64,000 nt of DNA from Candidatus Poribacteria bacterium. GTDB taxonomy: Bacteria > Poribacteria > WGA-4E > WGA-3G. This document shows positions 19,207-28,328 of the stretch, piece after piece (positions within the stretch are counted from its first letter, which is position 1; each line of letters opens with the position of its first letter). The stretch covers positions 192,001-256,000 of the forward strand of contig CBDBFU010000015.1 in assembly GCA_965205025.1 (NCBI GenBank), written 5' to 3'. The position numbers were made by a program, and so were the translations under genes. The notes under the pieces are model-generated. The model was not told the origin of the DNA. It made no database searches and saw only the letters and a program-made list of their open reading frames with translations.

Positions 19207-20442
19207 CTATACAGAAAACTGAAGTGTGTTAAACCTTCCAGCTACTTTCTCAACTTTGGGTTTTATCATCTCAGGTGAATTGCCTGAAAGTGCATGAACG
19301 ATACATTCAGCGATATCGGGGGCATCTTCAGGTGTCATTCCCCACCGCGTAACTTCTTGGACACCAAACCTTAATCCTGATGTTCCTATATCAGGTGTCA
19401 ACGGTGCAGCACCTGCGATGATATGACAATCCTCTAATTGATTTGCCAGTTCACTACCATCCCCATATTCATCGACAATTGGAATCAATGTATGCGACTC
19501 AGTATATCCGAGGTCTTCGCCTAACATTGGCACACCATGATCCGTTAATGCCTGCCCTAATGCCTTTGCGTTGGCAACTATTGCATCTGCATGTACTGAA
19601 CCGCATGCCATCCACTCTATAAACGTACCCGCCAAGGCAGGTAGACGGCTTAGATGGTGATTACTCATAAGCAATGGATATAGTGTCTTTCCAATTCGTT
19701 CTGCAATTGATTCATCATTTGTTAGGACGATTCCACCCTGTGGTCCTGCTAAGGTTTTATGCGTGCTGGAAATAATGACATCCGCACCTTCTTCAAATGG
19801 TGATTGAAATCTCTTTGCAGCGATAAATCCAATCACATGTGCAGCATCGTAGATAAGGTATGAATTTGGATTCGCTTTTTGCAATGCACGTTTCAGTTCA
19901 GCAACAGGTTGTGGAAATAGAAAAATCCCGGAACCGATGTTTAGAATTCTTGGTTTATGTTTCTCAATCAATGCAATGGTGGCTTCAAGATCAATGTTTG
20001 ATTTGGGACCATCCCACGGAATAGGAATTGATTGTAGTTCTACCTCAAGTGGTGATGACAAGAGTTTCAGGGCATAACGATGTCCGTTATGCACTTCTAA
20101 GGCAATATCTCCAGGTTCAGCTAATGCGAATGTAGTTGCAATCCCTGCAATGTTACCAGATAAAGGACGTAGATCAACATATGCAGCATCAAAAAGTTCC
20201 TTCGCTAATTCTTGTGTATACTCCTCTATTTTTGCAATATAACGATTACCCTTATAATTTCGTTGAAATAGGTCAATACCAGCATAATTCCCGTATCTGC
20301 GTGCTAATCTTTCGTCAAAGAGTTCTTCAACCAAAGGTGACGGTGTATTCTCTGATGCAATAAGGTTCAGACATGTTTCGCGGTATTGGTGGTGATCATT
20401 CAGGAGTGAATTAAGCTTATCAACTTTCTGAGTGGCATTCAT
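19207..20442 (-). CDS. Serine hydroxymethyltransferase-like PLP enzyme (divergent, archaeal-type motif)
   Basis: LNLIASEN, YDAAHV, SSTHKTLAGPQGG (PLP Lys), SGLRFGVQEVTRWG. Confidence 0.75.
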   Translation of the reverse strand: MNATQKVDKLNSLLNDHHQYRETCLNLIASENTPSPLVEELFDERLARRYGNYAGIDLFQRNYKGNRYIAKIEEYTQELAKELFDAAYVDLRPLSGNIAGIATTFALAEPGDIALEVHNGHRYALKLLSSPLEVELQSIPIPWDGPKSNIDLEATIALIEKHKPRILNIGSGIFLFPQPVAELKRALQKANPNSYLIYDAAHVIGFIAAKRFQSPFEEGADVIISSTHKTLAGPQGGIVLTNDESIAERIGKTLYPLLMSNHHLSRLPALAGTFIEWMACGSVHADAIVANAKALGQALTDHGVPMLGEDLGYTESHTLIPIVDEYGDGSELANQLEDCHIIAGAAPLTPDIGTSGLRFGVQEVTRWGMTPEDAPDIAECIVHALSGNSPEMIKPKVEKVAGRFNTLQFSV

Positions 20443-20710
20443 TCAGAAGCATCTCCTAAGAAATGAATAGAAGTGGTTCGATTAATTGACAGTATACTAT
20501 TTTGGAAAGACAGGTTTATATTAGAGGAAAGCGACTAAAAAACCCGTATATGTTAACGAAATAATTAACGCTACATATTCATATATGGTTTCTTAATTTC
20601 AGAAACATTGAGGGTTAAGGATTCAGATTTGGAGAGAAATCTTTTGTATTATCTAAGGTAGGGATTAGATTAAATGGAAATTGTTGAAATTATTCTTAAA
20701 CAAGTATGAA

Positions 20711-21928
20711 TCATTCAACAGTATATGCATCAAGTAAGGTATCATCAATATCAACACCAAAACCTGGCGCATCGTTTAGAGTGAAAAACCCGTTGTGAGG
20801 AGTTGGTCGTAAACGGTTATAAAGTTCGTTTTCAATTCCATTACGTGAAGGACCGAAAGTTTCTGCCATACATGGCATCGGTAAACATGCGGTAAGATGT
20901 AACCCCCACGGTGTACCTGCTTGATGAAGCCATGTGGGAATACCGAGATTGGCTGCTTCTTGGGCAATACGTAGACATTCTGTAAATCCTCCTGCCCAAC
21001 TCACATCCGGTTGAATCATATCTGCAGCCTTCCATCGTAGAAGTTCACGAAAACCGTATCGTGTGAATTCATGTTCACCAGAAACAATCCAGGTTGATTC
21101 AATCTCCTCTACCAATTGTGCCATACCGGCATAGTCGTCAAGTGGTATCGGTTCTTCTATCCATTTTAAGTTAATATCGCTGACTGCATCTGCAAACCGC
21201 ATGGTATAACCAACATCCCAACGGAGATAAATATCTGCCATTAGTTCTACATTATTACCGATAACATCGCGTGCAGAATGCATCATCTCAAGGTTTTCAG
21301 CAAAACCCTCTTCACCCTCTTTCAATCCATTTTTCAATGGAATTTTGCATGCAGTGAATCCATTTTCTACATAATACCCAACATCTGTTCCGGTTGCATA
21401 CGCTGGAATTTGTAATTGTGGTGCATCTGTAAATAGACTATACACGGGTGCATCCAGAATCTTACCACACAGATCCACAAGGGCAAGTTCTATACCACTT
21501 AGTGCATAGATGACCAGTCCACGGCGACCATAAATTGATGTAATGTGGTAGAGATTGTCCCATATTTCTTCAATATCAAGTGGGTCGCGTCCAAGGACAA
21601 AGTGTTGAAGATGTTTATCAATTATCATTGCACCTGCAGCCCCACCACCACCGAGTCCATACCCCTTCAATCCGTTATCTGTGGTAATTTCAACAATTAA
21701 TGCACCTGCTTGTGTTGCGAATGGACCTCGCCAATCTACATGAACTATATTTCCTTTGGAATCTGAAGGGGTTTTTAATTGATCCGGTATCTGTTCTTTT
21801 GCAAAACCGAGAGACGGCATAGCGCGTGGGTTTAGATTCACATGCCATGTGCGGATACCAATAACCGTGTGTTGGGATATGGCATTATCTTCTAATTCGG
21901 TTGAGAAGAGGGACTTATTCATTGGCAC
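20711..21928 (-). CDS. Mandelate racemase/enolase-superfamily acid-sugar dehydratase (L-rhamnonate dehydratase-like)
   Basis: IVEITTDNGLKGYG, SGIELALVDL, KIP, WIEEP, GEHEFTRYG, IQPD. Confidence 0.8.
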   Translation of the reverse strand: MPMNKSLFSTELEDNAISQHTVIGIRTWHVNLNPRAMPSLGFAKEQIPDQLKTPSDSKGNIVHVDWRGPFATQAGALIVEITTDNGLKGYGLGGGGAAGAMIIDKHLQHFVLGRDPLDIEEIWDNLYHITSIYGRRGLVIYALSGIELALVDLCGKILDAPVYSLFTDAPQLQIPAYATGTDVGYYVENGFTACKIPLKNGLKEGEEGFAENLEMMHSARDVIGNNVELMADIYLRWDVGYTMRFADAVSDINLKWIEEPIPLDDYAGMAQLVEEIESTWIVSGEHEFTRYGFRELLRWKAADMIQPDVSWAGGFTECLRIAQEAANLGIPTWLHQAGTPWGLHLTACLPMPCMAETFGPSRNGIENELYNRLRPTPHNGFFTLNDAPGFGVDIDDTLLDAYTVE

Positions 21929-21970
21929 GGTAAGAATTGTTCAATTTGTAAATGAGGAAAATTGATATGT

Positions 21971-23257
21971 TTACAAATCAAATTTAACTGTTAATTTTGC
22001 AACCATCATTAAATCTCTTGTTGCTTGTTGCGTATCACCAAGTTCATCATATGCCATGGATCTTGCCATATATCCTTTTGGGTTTTCAGGATCTAATTCT
22101 ATTACTTTATTCAAGAACTTAATTGCCTCCTCGAAGAGTTCAAGAGACATTTCTGTTAAACCTTTATTATAATATGTCATTGGGTTTTTATCATCTAATT
22201 GTAAGGCTCTTTCAAAAGCTTGATTTGCCTCTTCGTGCATTCCAATTTCACTATGAGCCACACCTATTCCATTGAGGGCATCAATGTTATCAGGTTGAGA
22301 TTGTAAGACTTTCTCAAAATCAGGTAGTGCTGCTTCCCAATCAAACACCTTGTTTTTAGCGATTCCTCGCATAAGGAATGCATCAAGATTTTCTGGATTA
22401 TCTTGAATCATTTGATCTGCTGCTTTTATCTCCGCCATAATTTCTTCATTCTCAATATCTACTACACCCCCAAACCATCCTGCGTCATCATCCCCAAACC
22501 ATTCAGCGTCGTCATCATCAACCAAATCATCAAAGTATATTATTGGTTTACTTGAAGATTTCTGAGAGTCTAAGGCAGATATTTCCTCAACAGGATCTCC
22601 AACATATTCGATACCCTCCTGTTCAAGTGACTCAACATCATCCCTTAACATTGCCATTGCATAATTTCTTCTTTCCTGTACTCTATAATCATTAGGATTT
22701 AGTCGCAATGCCTCATCGTAGTCTTTTATCGCAATTTCATATTGTTCTAACTCCATGAATGCGTTGCCACGGTGAAAATATGAATCATGATTCTTTGGAT
22801 CAAGCTTTAATACTATATCATAATCTTCTATGGCCTCCTCATATCGTTCTAAATGGAATTTAGAAACTCCCCGAACAAAGTATCCTTGAAAAAGATCCGG
22901 ATTTAGGTTTATACCGATATTGCAATCTGAGATAGCATCTTCCTCTTCATCACATAGGAAATTTGCCCAACCCCGGCTGATGTAAGCTTGGGAGTTTTTA
23001 GGATCATAGTCAATAATGACAGTATAGTCAAGTATTGCATCTTCAGGTCTTTGTAACTGTATATATAATTCTGCTCGGTTCATATAAGCATCCGTGTAAT
23101 CTGGTTTAAGCTGGATTGCTTTTTCATAATTCTCAAAAGCAGCTTTTGGATTTCCTTCATTGGCTTTTGCCATCCCTTGACTATTGTAAAACTCTGGTTT
23201 ACCTTCAGGTTTCTTTTTGACTCTTCTCTTCCGTCTGTTTGCTGGTTTTTTTGCCAT
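21971..23257 (-). CDS. TPR-repeat protein with basic N-terminus and acidic linker
   Basis: Two TPR arrays separated by a D/E-rich linker. Confidence 0.85.
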   Translation of the reverse strand: MAKKPANRRKRRVKKKPEGKPEFYNSQGMAKANEGNPKAAFENYEKAIQLKPDYTDAYMNRAELYIQLQRPEDAILDYTVIIDYDPKNSQAYISRGWANFLCDEEEDAISDCNIGINLNPDLFQGYFVRGVSKFHLERYEEAIEDYDIVLKLDPKNHDSYFHRGNAFMELEQYEIAIKDYDEALRLNPNDYRVQERRNYAMAMLRDDVESLEQEGIEYVGDPVEEISALDSQKSSSKPIIYFDDLVDDDDAEWFGDDDAGWFGGVVDIENEEIMAEIKAADQMIQDNPENLDAFLMRGIAKNKVFDWEAALPDFEKVLQSQPDNIDALNGIGVAHSEIGMHEEANQAFERALQLDDKNPMTYYNKGLTEMSLELFEEAIKFLNKVIELDPENPKGYMARSMAYDELGDTQQATRDLMMVAKLTVKFDL

Positions 23258-23376
23258 AATAAACTCTTTATCAAATTTAGAATTGTTGCATAGAATTTAT
23301 GTGTGATTTACTATCATACCATTTTATGGTATTTTTTGCTATAATGATTTGGATTGTAATGAAAGGAGAACTTTGT

Positions 23377-23736
23377 GTGAAATCAGCAGTAAAAGAATGG
23401 CTTGATAATTGTATTGAAAAACACAAATCAGGTGAACTGACATCCGATGATCTATATGGTGTAGAAAATGCCTTAAGATCGGAAAAACAGATTATACTGT
23501 ATTTGTATTCTAAATCCACCAATCCGCGTTCACCTATTGGTGCATGGGCAATTTTTGATGCAACAGTTCCAGATGAACCCGTTCTACCATCCCAGGATGC
23601 CCCTTATGATTCAGTGCTTGATGCCGTCCGGGATGGATGGCGAATTGTGCATTTTCCACGACCTGAACTTTATACCTTTACAGATGTTGAAAATGCATAC
23701 CTCAGTTATGAATTTATCTTAGAGAAGATTGTTTGA
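23377..23736 (+). CDS. Hypothetical protein, co-transcribed with the PhyH gene
   Basis: RBS aaggaga before GTG at 23377; 12-bp gap to the next gene. Confidence 0.7.
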   Translation: MKSAVKEWLDNCIEKHKSGELTSDDLYGVENALRSEKQIILYLYSKSTNPRSPIGAWAIFDATVPDEPVLPSQDAPYDSVLDAVRDGWRIVHFPRPELYTFTDVENAYLSYEFILEKIV

Positions 23737-23748
23737 GGAGGATAACTT

Positions 23749-24540
23749 GTGATAAATGTTAAACCCACATTAGATGATAACCAAGTGATGGAATTTATTC
23801 ATAACGGTTATATCACCCTTGAGAGTATTGTTGACACCGATTTCAATATGGAGTGTCAATCCGTTCATGCAGGTCACATGACAGAATTTGTTCAATCTGA
23901 TGAATTCTTAAAGAATGTCCTTCTTCATCCGGAGGTTGCTGGGGTTGCGAGATCATTATTGGGTGAGAATTTTCTTGTACCGACGAGTGCACATCACCAC
24001 CTATTTGAAAACCCACATCGTGGACAGACATGGCATTCGGATGGTCTTACGGAATATGGATATGGCATTACACATCTTCAATGTTATTATTATCCGAAAG
24101 AGGTGACAATTGAAGATGGTCCAACGATGATTTTACCCGGTTCACATTTTCGACTTGTGGATCGGGAAGCGATTGCACATTACGGAGATATTTTGGGGCA
24201 ACTTTCTCTAACCGTACCTGCTGGAACTGTAGCAATGACACGGTACGGTATTTGGCATAAAGCGGGGCCGAAACTAAACGCTGATAGACGTGGTATGATT
24301 AAATTTTCTTATTTGAGAACAGAGATGCCAAAAAGGGATTGGGTGCGTGAATCCGATGATATTCCTTCCTATCAGCACAAAGGAAGACATCCTTACGTTA
24401 CTGAAGTAGAATCCTACAGAGATCGAAGAAAAGGTGAATTGACTTGGAATTGGTTATGCGGATTAACGGAAGTAGAAGAGACTATACCGCCTGTGAAGAT
24501 GTTTCATTCTGGTATCCCATTGTCAGAAATCCATCTGTAG
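23749..24540 (+). CDS. Phytanoyl-CoA dioxygenase (PhyH) family 2OG/Fe(II) enzyme
   Basis: WHSD (HxD), GPTMILPGSH, IWH...N...RR. Confidence 0.85.
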   Translation: MINVKPTLDDNQVMEFIHNGYITLESIVDTDFNMECQSVHAGHMTEFVQSDEFLKNVLLHPEVAGVARSLLGENFLVPTSAHHHLFENPHRGQTWHSDGLTEYGYGITHLQCYYYPKEVTIEDGPTMILPGSHFRLVDREAIAHYGDILGQLSLTVPAGTVAMTRYGIWHKAGPKLNADRRGMIKFSYLRTEMPKRDWVRESDDIPSYQHKGRHPYVTEVESYRDRRKGELTWNWLCGLTEVEETIPPVKMFHSGIPLSEIHL

Positions 24541-24702
24541 ATGTCTTGATTATTTATACTATAGATAACGTGAGTTTGATAAATGTTTTTAGAAGTTCAT
24601 ATCTTTGACAATAGAATCTTTGACAATTGAAAGTCTTTTCATGTAGTTCTCTATGTTTGAGTGAAGGTTTCTTCTTCAGATTTGTATAAGCAATTGATGT
24701 TT

Positions 24703-24912
24703 GTTTCTATTCGAATTGGTACGATTAGGTATGGTTGTCAGCTTTCGGCTGTTAGTTGTCAGTAGGATTAATATTCGATATGAAGACAGATTGAACTGAA
24801 TCATTACATAAAGTATTCCAAACAATACTAGCATATAATGAAAATCAACCGAAAACTGAGTGCTGATGGCTGAAAACTGACGGCTATACCCGTTTCTATT
24901 CCAAATTGGTAC
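24703..24912. repeat. Inverted heptamer-repeat element bracketed by ~20-bp direct repeats
   Basis: gtttctattcgaattggtac / gtttctattccaaattggtac flanking (g)ttgtcag/ctttcgg/ctgttag arrays and complementary ctgatgg/ctgaaaa/ctgacgg arrays. Confidence 0.5.
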
Positions 24913-25026
24913 TATTAAAAGAGTACTCTTTGAACTTTTCAATGTGTGCGTATTTTTAATTGACAGAATCTCTTGTCCGCGTCATTTGTATATTCCGACA
25001 TTCAGACAGAGGATGATATCTTCATA

Positions 25027-26424
25027 TCAAGAATTATCATCCATATCTATCTGTTTCAGGTTTATATCTCCGTTAATGGAACGTAATTTTACAATGGGAC
25101 CCCCGTCCTTTATTTGTCCCTGTAATTCGCCTACTTTAATCGTTCCATGTACAATAGCAGCCACTGGAAACTCAGTTGCAATCTTCCCATTGCTACTCTG
25201 TGCATCAATATTGACATCAATCTCTGGAATAAACTCTGCAGTAATTCCACCCCCTGTAGCATCTAATACAGAATCGTGTTGAGGTTGTCCAGTGTATCTG
25301 GCAATGATTTCACCTATAGTGGTTTTGGCAGTTATAGGTCCTTTATTCTCAACTTCAATTGTTCCATTGGTTGATTTGAGATTGACACCACCATTACAAT
25401 TGCTTAGTACGATATTCCCTTTATCCGTTTTTCCGTCAATATTTCCAGTAACATCAACACAATGAATATCCCCTTTAGAAGTCATCACATCAACAACGCC
25501 AGAATTATCAGATACCTCTATATTCCCGTGTGTAGATCGTAGATATACGTCTCCTTTACAACGATTCAACCCAACGCTGCCCTTTGATGTATGTCCAATG
25601 ATTGTGCCAGTGATGTTTTCAAACGAGAGATCCCCTTCAAGAGAGTTAGCATTGGTATTCCCGTCTACATCCTGTATTGAAATATCACCTTGACCTGTCT
25701 TTAGATTGACTCCAAAACATTGGGGTACCGTAATATCAAAGTGTATATCAAAACGTTTTGCCATTTTCTCCCAATATCTTTTGCTGCTCTTAAACTTCGC
25801 TTCAATATGTAGATTCTGGTCTTGTTCGTCAAAATCCACTTCAAGCTCATTTAGAATTTCAAGTATCCCCTTGTCGATTTTCAATTGAGCTGAACGACGT
25901 ACGACCACATCAATAACATTGGTTTGGGAAGTGTGTATATCAATGTTACCGAGATCCGTTTGAAGTATCAAATTCCCACCATCACTGACATTGAAAGTTC
26001 TTTTTATATCCTCCAACTTTGTTTGAACAAAGAATTCCGGCATTGATTTACGAATAAGAACATCTATGGATGCATTTTTCATATCTTCACTAGAATTTGG
26101 ATCTAATCTTTTACCAAGAAAATTGGCAAATATACTCTTCAAATCGGGGGATGTATCTACCCCCTCGCTAAGATAAGCAGCGAGATGATGACATGCAATA
26201 CTTATCTCAGAGAATGTAGCTTCATCTGGTAACGGATCAAAAAGATCGGTTGGAATTGCATCCATCTCATTTAGCCGTTCCAATACGTTATTAAATTGGG
26301 TGATACACCGTCGTTCTCCTTCTTTAAAGGATTGTGTTAACGTTGAATCTTCAGCAATTTCAGCTGTTTGTTCTACGATATGAAATAATCCACGAATTTC
26401 TTGTTGTTCCTGATTCATTCTCAC
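25027..26424 (-). CDS. DUF4097-family beta-strand repeat protein with N-terminal helical domain
   Basis: Repeated xxTxxGxIxx units (LKTGQGDISI, TSKGDI, LRSINGDI). Confidence 0.75.
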   Translation of the reverse strand: MRMNQEQQEIRGLFHIVEQTAEIAEDSTLTQSFKEGERRCITQFNNVLERLNEMDAIPTDLFDPLPDEATFSEISIACHHLAAYLSEGVDTSPDLKSIFANFLGKRLDPNSSEDMKNASIDVLIRKSMPEFFVQTKLEDIKRTFNVSDGGNLILQTDLGNIDIHTSQTNVIDVVVRRSAQLKIDKGILEILNELEVDFDEQDQNLHIEAKFKSSKRYWEKMAKRFDIHFDITVPQCFGVNLKTGQGDISIQDVDGNTNANSLEGDLSFENITGTIIGHTSKGSVGLNRCKGDVYLRSTHGNIEVSDNSGVVDVMTSKGDIHCVDVTGNIDGKTDKGNIVLSNCNGGVNLKSTNGTIEVENKGPITAKTTIGEIIARYTGQPQHDSVLDATGGGITAEFIPEIDVNIDAQSSNGKIATEFPVAAIVHGTIKVGELQGQIKDGGPIVKLRSINGDINLKQIDMDDNS

Positions 26425-26534
26425 ACCTCATCTATAATTATATGCTCAGGGAGAAAATCAGTGTAACCCTCTACATACAATTTCCTTTTCATCCAAATAG
26501 TTCTTGCATTTGTAATTCTTCAAGCATACAAGAC

Positions 26535-27131
26535 CTAACCGATCTCGCCGTATCCTTGTCTTTCCAGAATATCTTTTAATAGTTCCTTTGCTTTGTGCAA
26601 TCTCCATTTAACAGTTGTTAGGGGTAGTGATAAGAATTCAGCTATTCTCTTCTGTGGCATATCTACCCAATAATAGAGTTTAACCACCTCCTGAAATTCT
26701 TCTGGTAACGACATAATACATTTTCTCACTCCCTCATGTATTGACTGTTGTAGGATAAGTCTTGCTGGATCCGAAGAATCTGGGTTAGCCTCAACTCTCA
26801 ATTCATCATCTATATCTTCATGATATTGAAAACGACTTGCCTTTTTCGTGTAACGTAATGCGCGGTGCCGTGTAATCGAATAGAGCCAAGAACCGAAGCG
26901 ATTTAGATTTTCCAGCTGGGTTAGAGATTCAAAAGCCAAAATAAAAGCATCTTGTACGATATCTTCTGCTTCTATCGGATCACGTACGATCTGCTGTGCC
27001 ACAATCAACATTGCTTTCTGATATCTAAGAACTAATTCATCAAATGCTTGGAGATTACCCGAAAGCACAGCAATTATCAGTTCTGCATCTTCAAGGTCTT
27101 TTAATTCATCTGTGCTCATACGAAACTCCAA
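26535..27131 (-). CDS. ECF-family RNA polymerase sigma-70 factor
   Basis: AEDIVQDAF, FGSWLYSI (region 2); IAEFLSLPLTTVKWRLHKAK (region 4). Confidence 0.9.
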   Translation of the reverse strand: MEFRMSTDELKDLEDAELIIAVLSGNLQAFDELVLRYQKAMLIVAQQIVRDPIEAEDIVQDAFILAFESLTQLENLNRFGSWLYSITRHRALRYTKKASRFQYHEDIDDELRVEANPDSSDPARLILQQSIHEGVRKCIMSLPEEFQEVVKLYYWVDMPQKRIAEFLSLPLTTVKWRLHKAKELLKDILERQGYGEIG

Positions 27132-27204
27132 TTCTGATTAAATAGATACATCAACGATGAAAAGGATAGATTAATTTATTTGTACTAACGCACACAAATA
27201 CCCG

Positions 27205-27525
27205 TAGACGTCAATTTCGGTATTTAACTCTTTATAGAATGGATTTCGAACCCCGATCTTCTCATCTTCTGTAGGAGAGAATTCCAATTCCCGACTCTTC
27301 TGTATAGGGATTCCGATACCCCGATCCCTCAAGATCCTATTCCCAACCCTTGATCTAAAAACATTCCGTCCCTACAGGACTCAGGATAAGTGGGGAATCG
27401 TTTTGTTATAAACATTCCGTCCCTACAGGACTCCATTTAGTGTTTGATAACTTGTTATGCTAATACAATGGTAGGTGGTTTGAAGACATATCCAATCAAG
27501 AAATAGATTCTAAAATTGACGTTAA
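27205..27525. mobile_element. MITE-like element carrying a REP doublet
   Basis: Ends tagacgtcaattt ... aaattgacgt; two copies of aacattccgtccctacaggactc (27360-27382, 27411-27433). Confidence 0.6.
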
Positions 27526-27621
27526 TGATTCCCGGGGAACTGCACTTACCGGGTTTATAAGATCAAATCATTGGAAAAATGAAGTACATATTTCTATTAT
27601 CAAACTCACGTTTATATAATG

Positions 27622-27655
27622 AAACAGGATTTACAATAATCTGTAAATCCTGTTT
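27622..27655. terminator. Perfect 14-bp hairpin, possible terminator
   Basis: aaacaggatttaca-ataatc-tgtaaatcctgttt, downstream of the 27766-33369 gene run. Confidence 0.5.
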
Positions 27656-27765
27656 ATATTTAATCATCTATATTGAATTCATTGATGATCTATTATGTCA
27701 TACAACTTAGAGATAATGTGTTATTTAATTCGGAGTGAGGACATATTATACAAAGTATACATCAA

Positions 27766-28242
27766 TTAAGAACCAGGTTTAAAGAATGTAACTAAACATC
27801 CTCCAAGGGCTGCCAACAGAATACCGAGAACAAATTGCCACCGAATAGCGCCCCACCCACCTTCTGGTGGATGTGATAGTGTGGCTACAATTGCATTTAC
27901 AATTGGTGCCCCCGCAAATACGATGGACATCACAACTGCAGGCTTCCCTTTAGCACCAAATGCGAGTAATACACCGAAAGCACCAACCGCACCAACGACT
28001 CCTGCGATAAATGACCATGTAACACCTTTTCCAGAAAATGACCACGTTGCTCCGCTCTGCCACAACATAATTAATGATCCTACTACGGCTACTAATAAAT
28101 AGGCAAGACCAACGAAAAGGAAGGCTTTGAATCCCGCACCTGTTTCTTCACCCATTGATATTTTACCTTTATGTAGAAAAACGCCATAAAGTCCCCATGA
28201 TGCAACTGTCATGATTACAAAAATTAACCATGTTCTTGTCAT
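27766..28242 (-). CDS. Small multi-pass membrane protein (EamA/DMT-like)
   Basis: About five hydrophobic segments; SWGLYG, AGVVGAVGAFG, VMSIVFAGAP. Confidence 0.65.
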   Translation of the reverse strand: MTRTWLIFVIMTVASWGLYGVFLHKGKISMGEETGAGFKAFLFVGLAYLLVAVVGSLIMLWQSGATWSFSGKGVTWSFIAGVVGAVGAFGVLLAFGAKGKPAVVMSIVFAGAPIVNAIVATLSHPPEGGWGAIRWQFVLGILLAALGGCLVTFFKPGS

Positions 28243-28328
28243 TATCTATCACCTCCATTAATTGAATGACATCAATTAGATATTTGAAATTAATATGAAA
28301 ATCCACACAAGTCATTGCCTGTAAATTT

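Noticed and set aside
19207-20442. Calling this gene glyA
   Set aside because: Key YAEG and GGHLTHG motifs are altered
27360-27433. Possible mini-CRISPR (23-bp repeat, 28-bp spacer; also 63780-63851)
   Set aside because: Only two units per site, REP-like internal palindrome, no cas genes or leader
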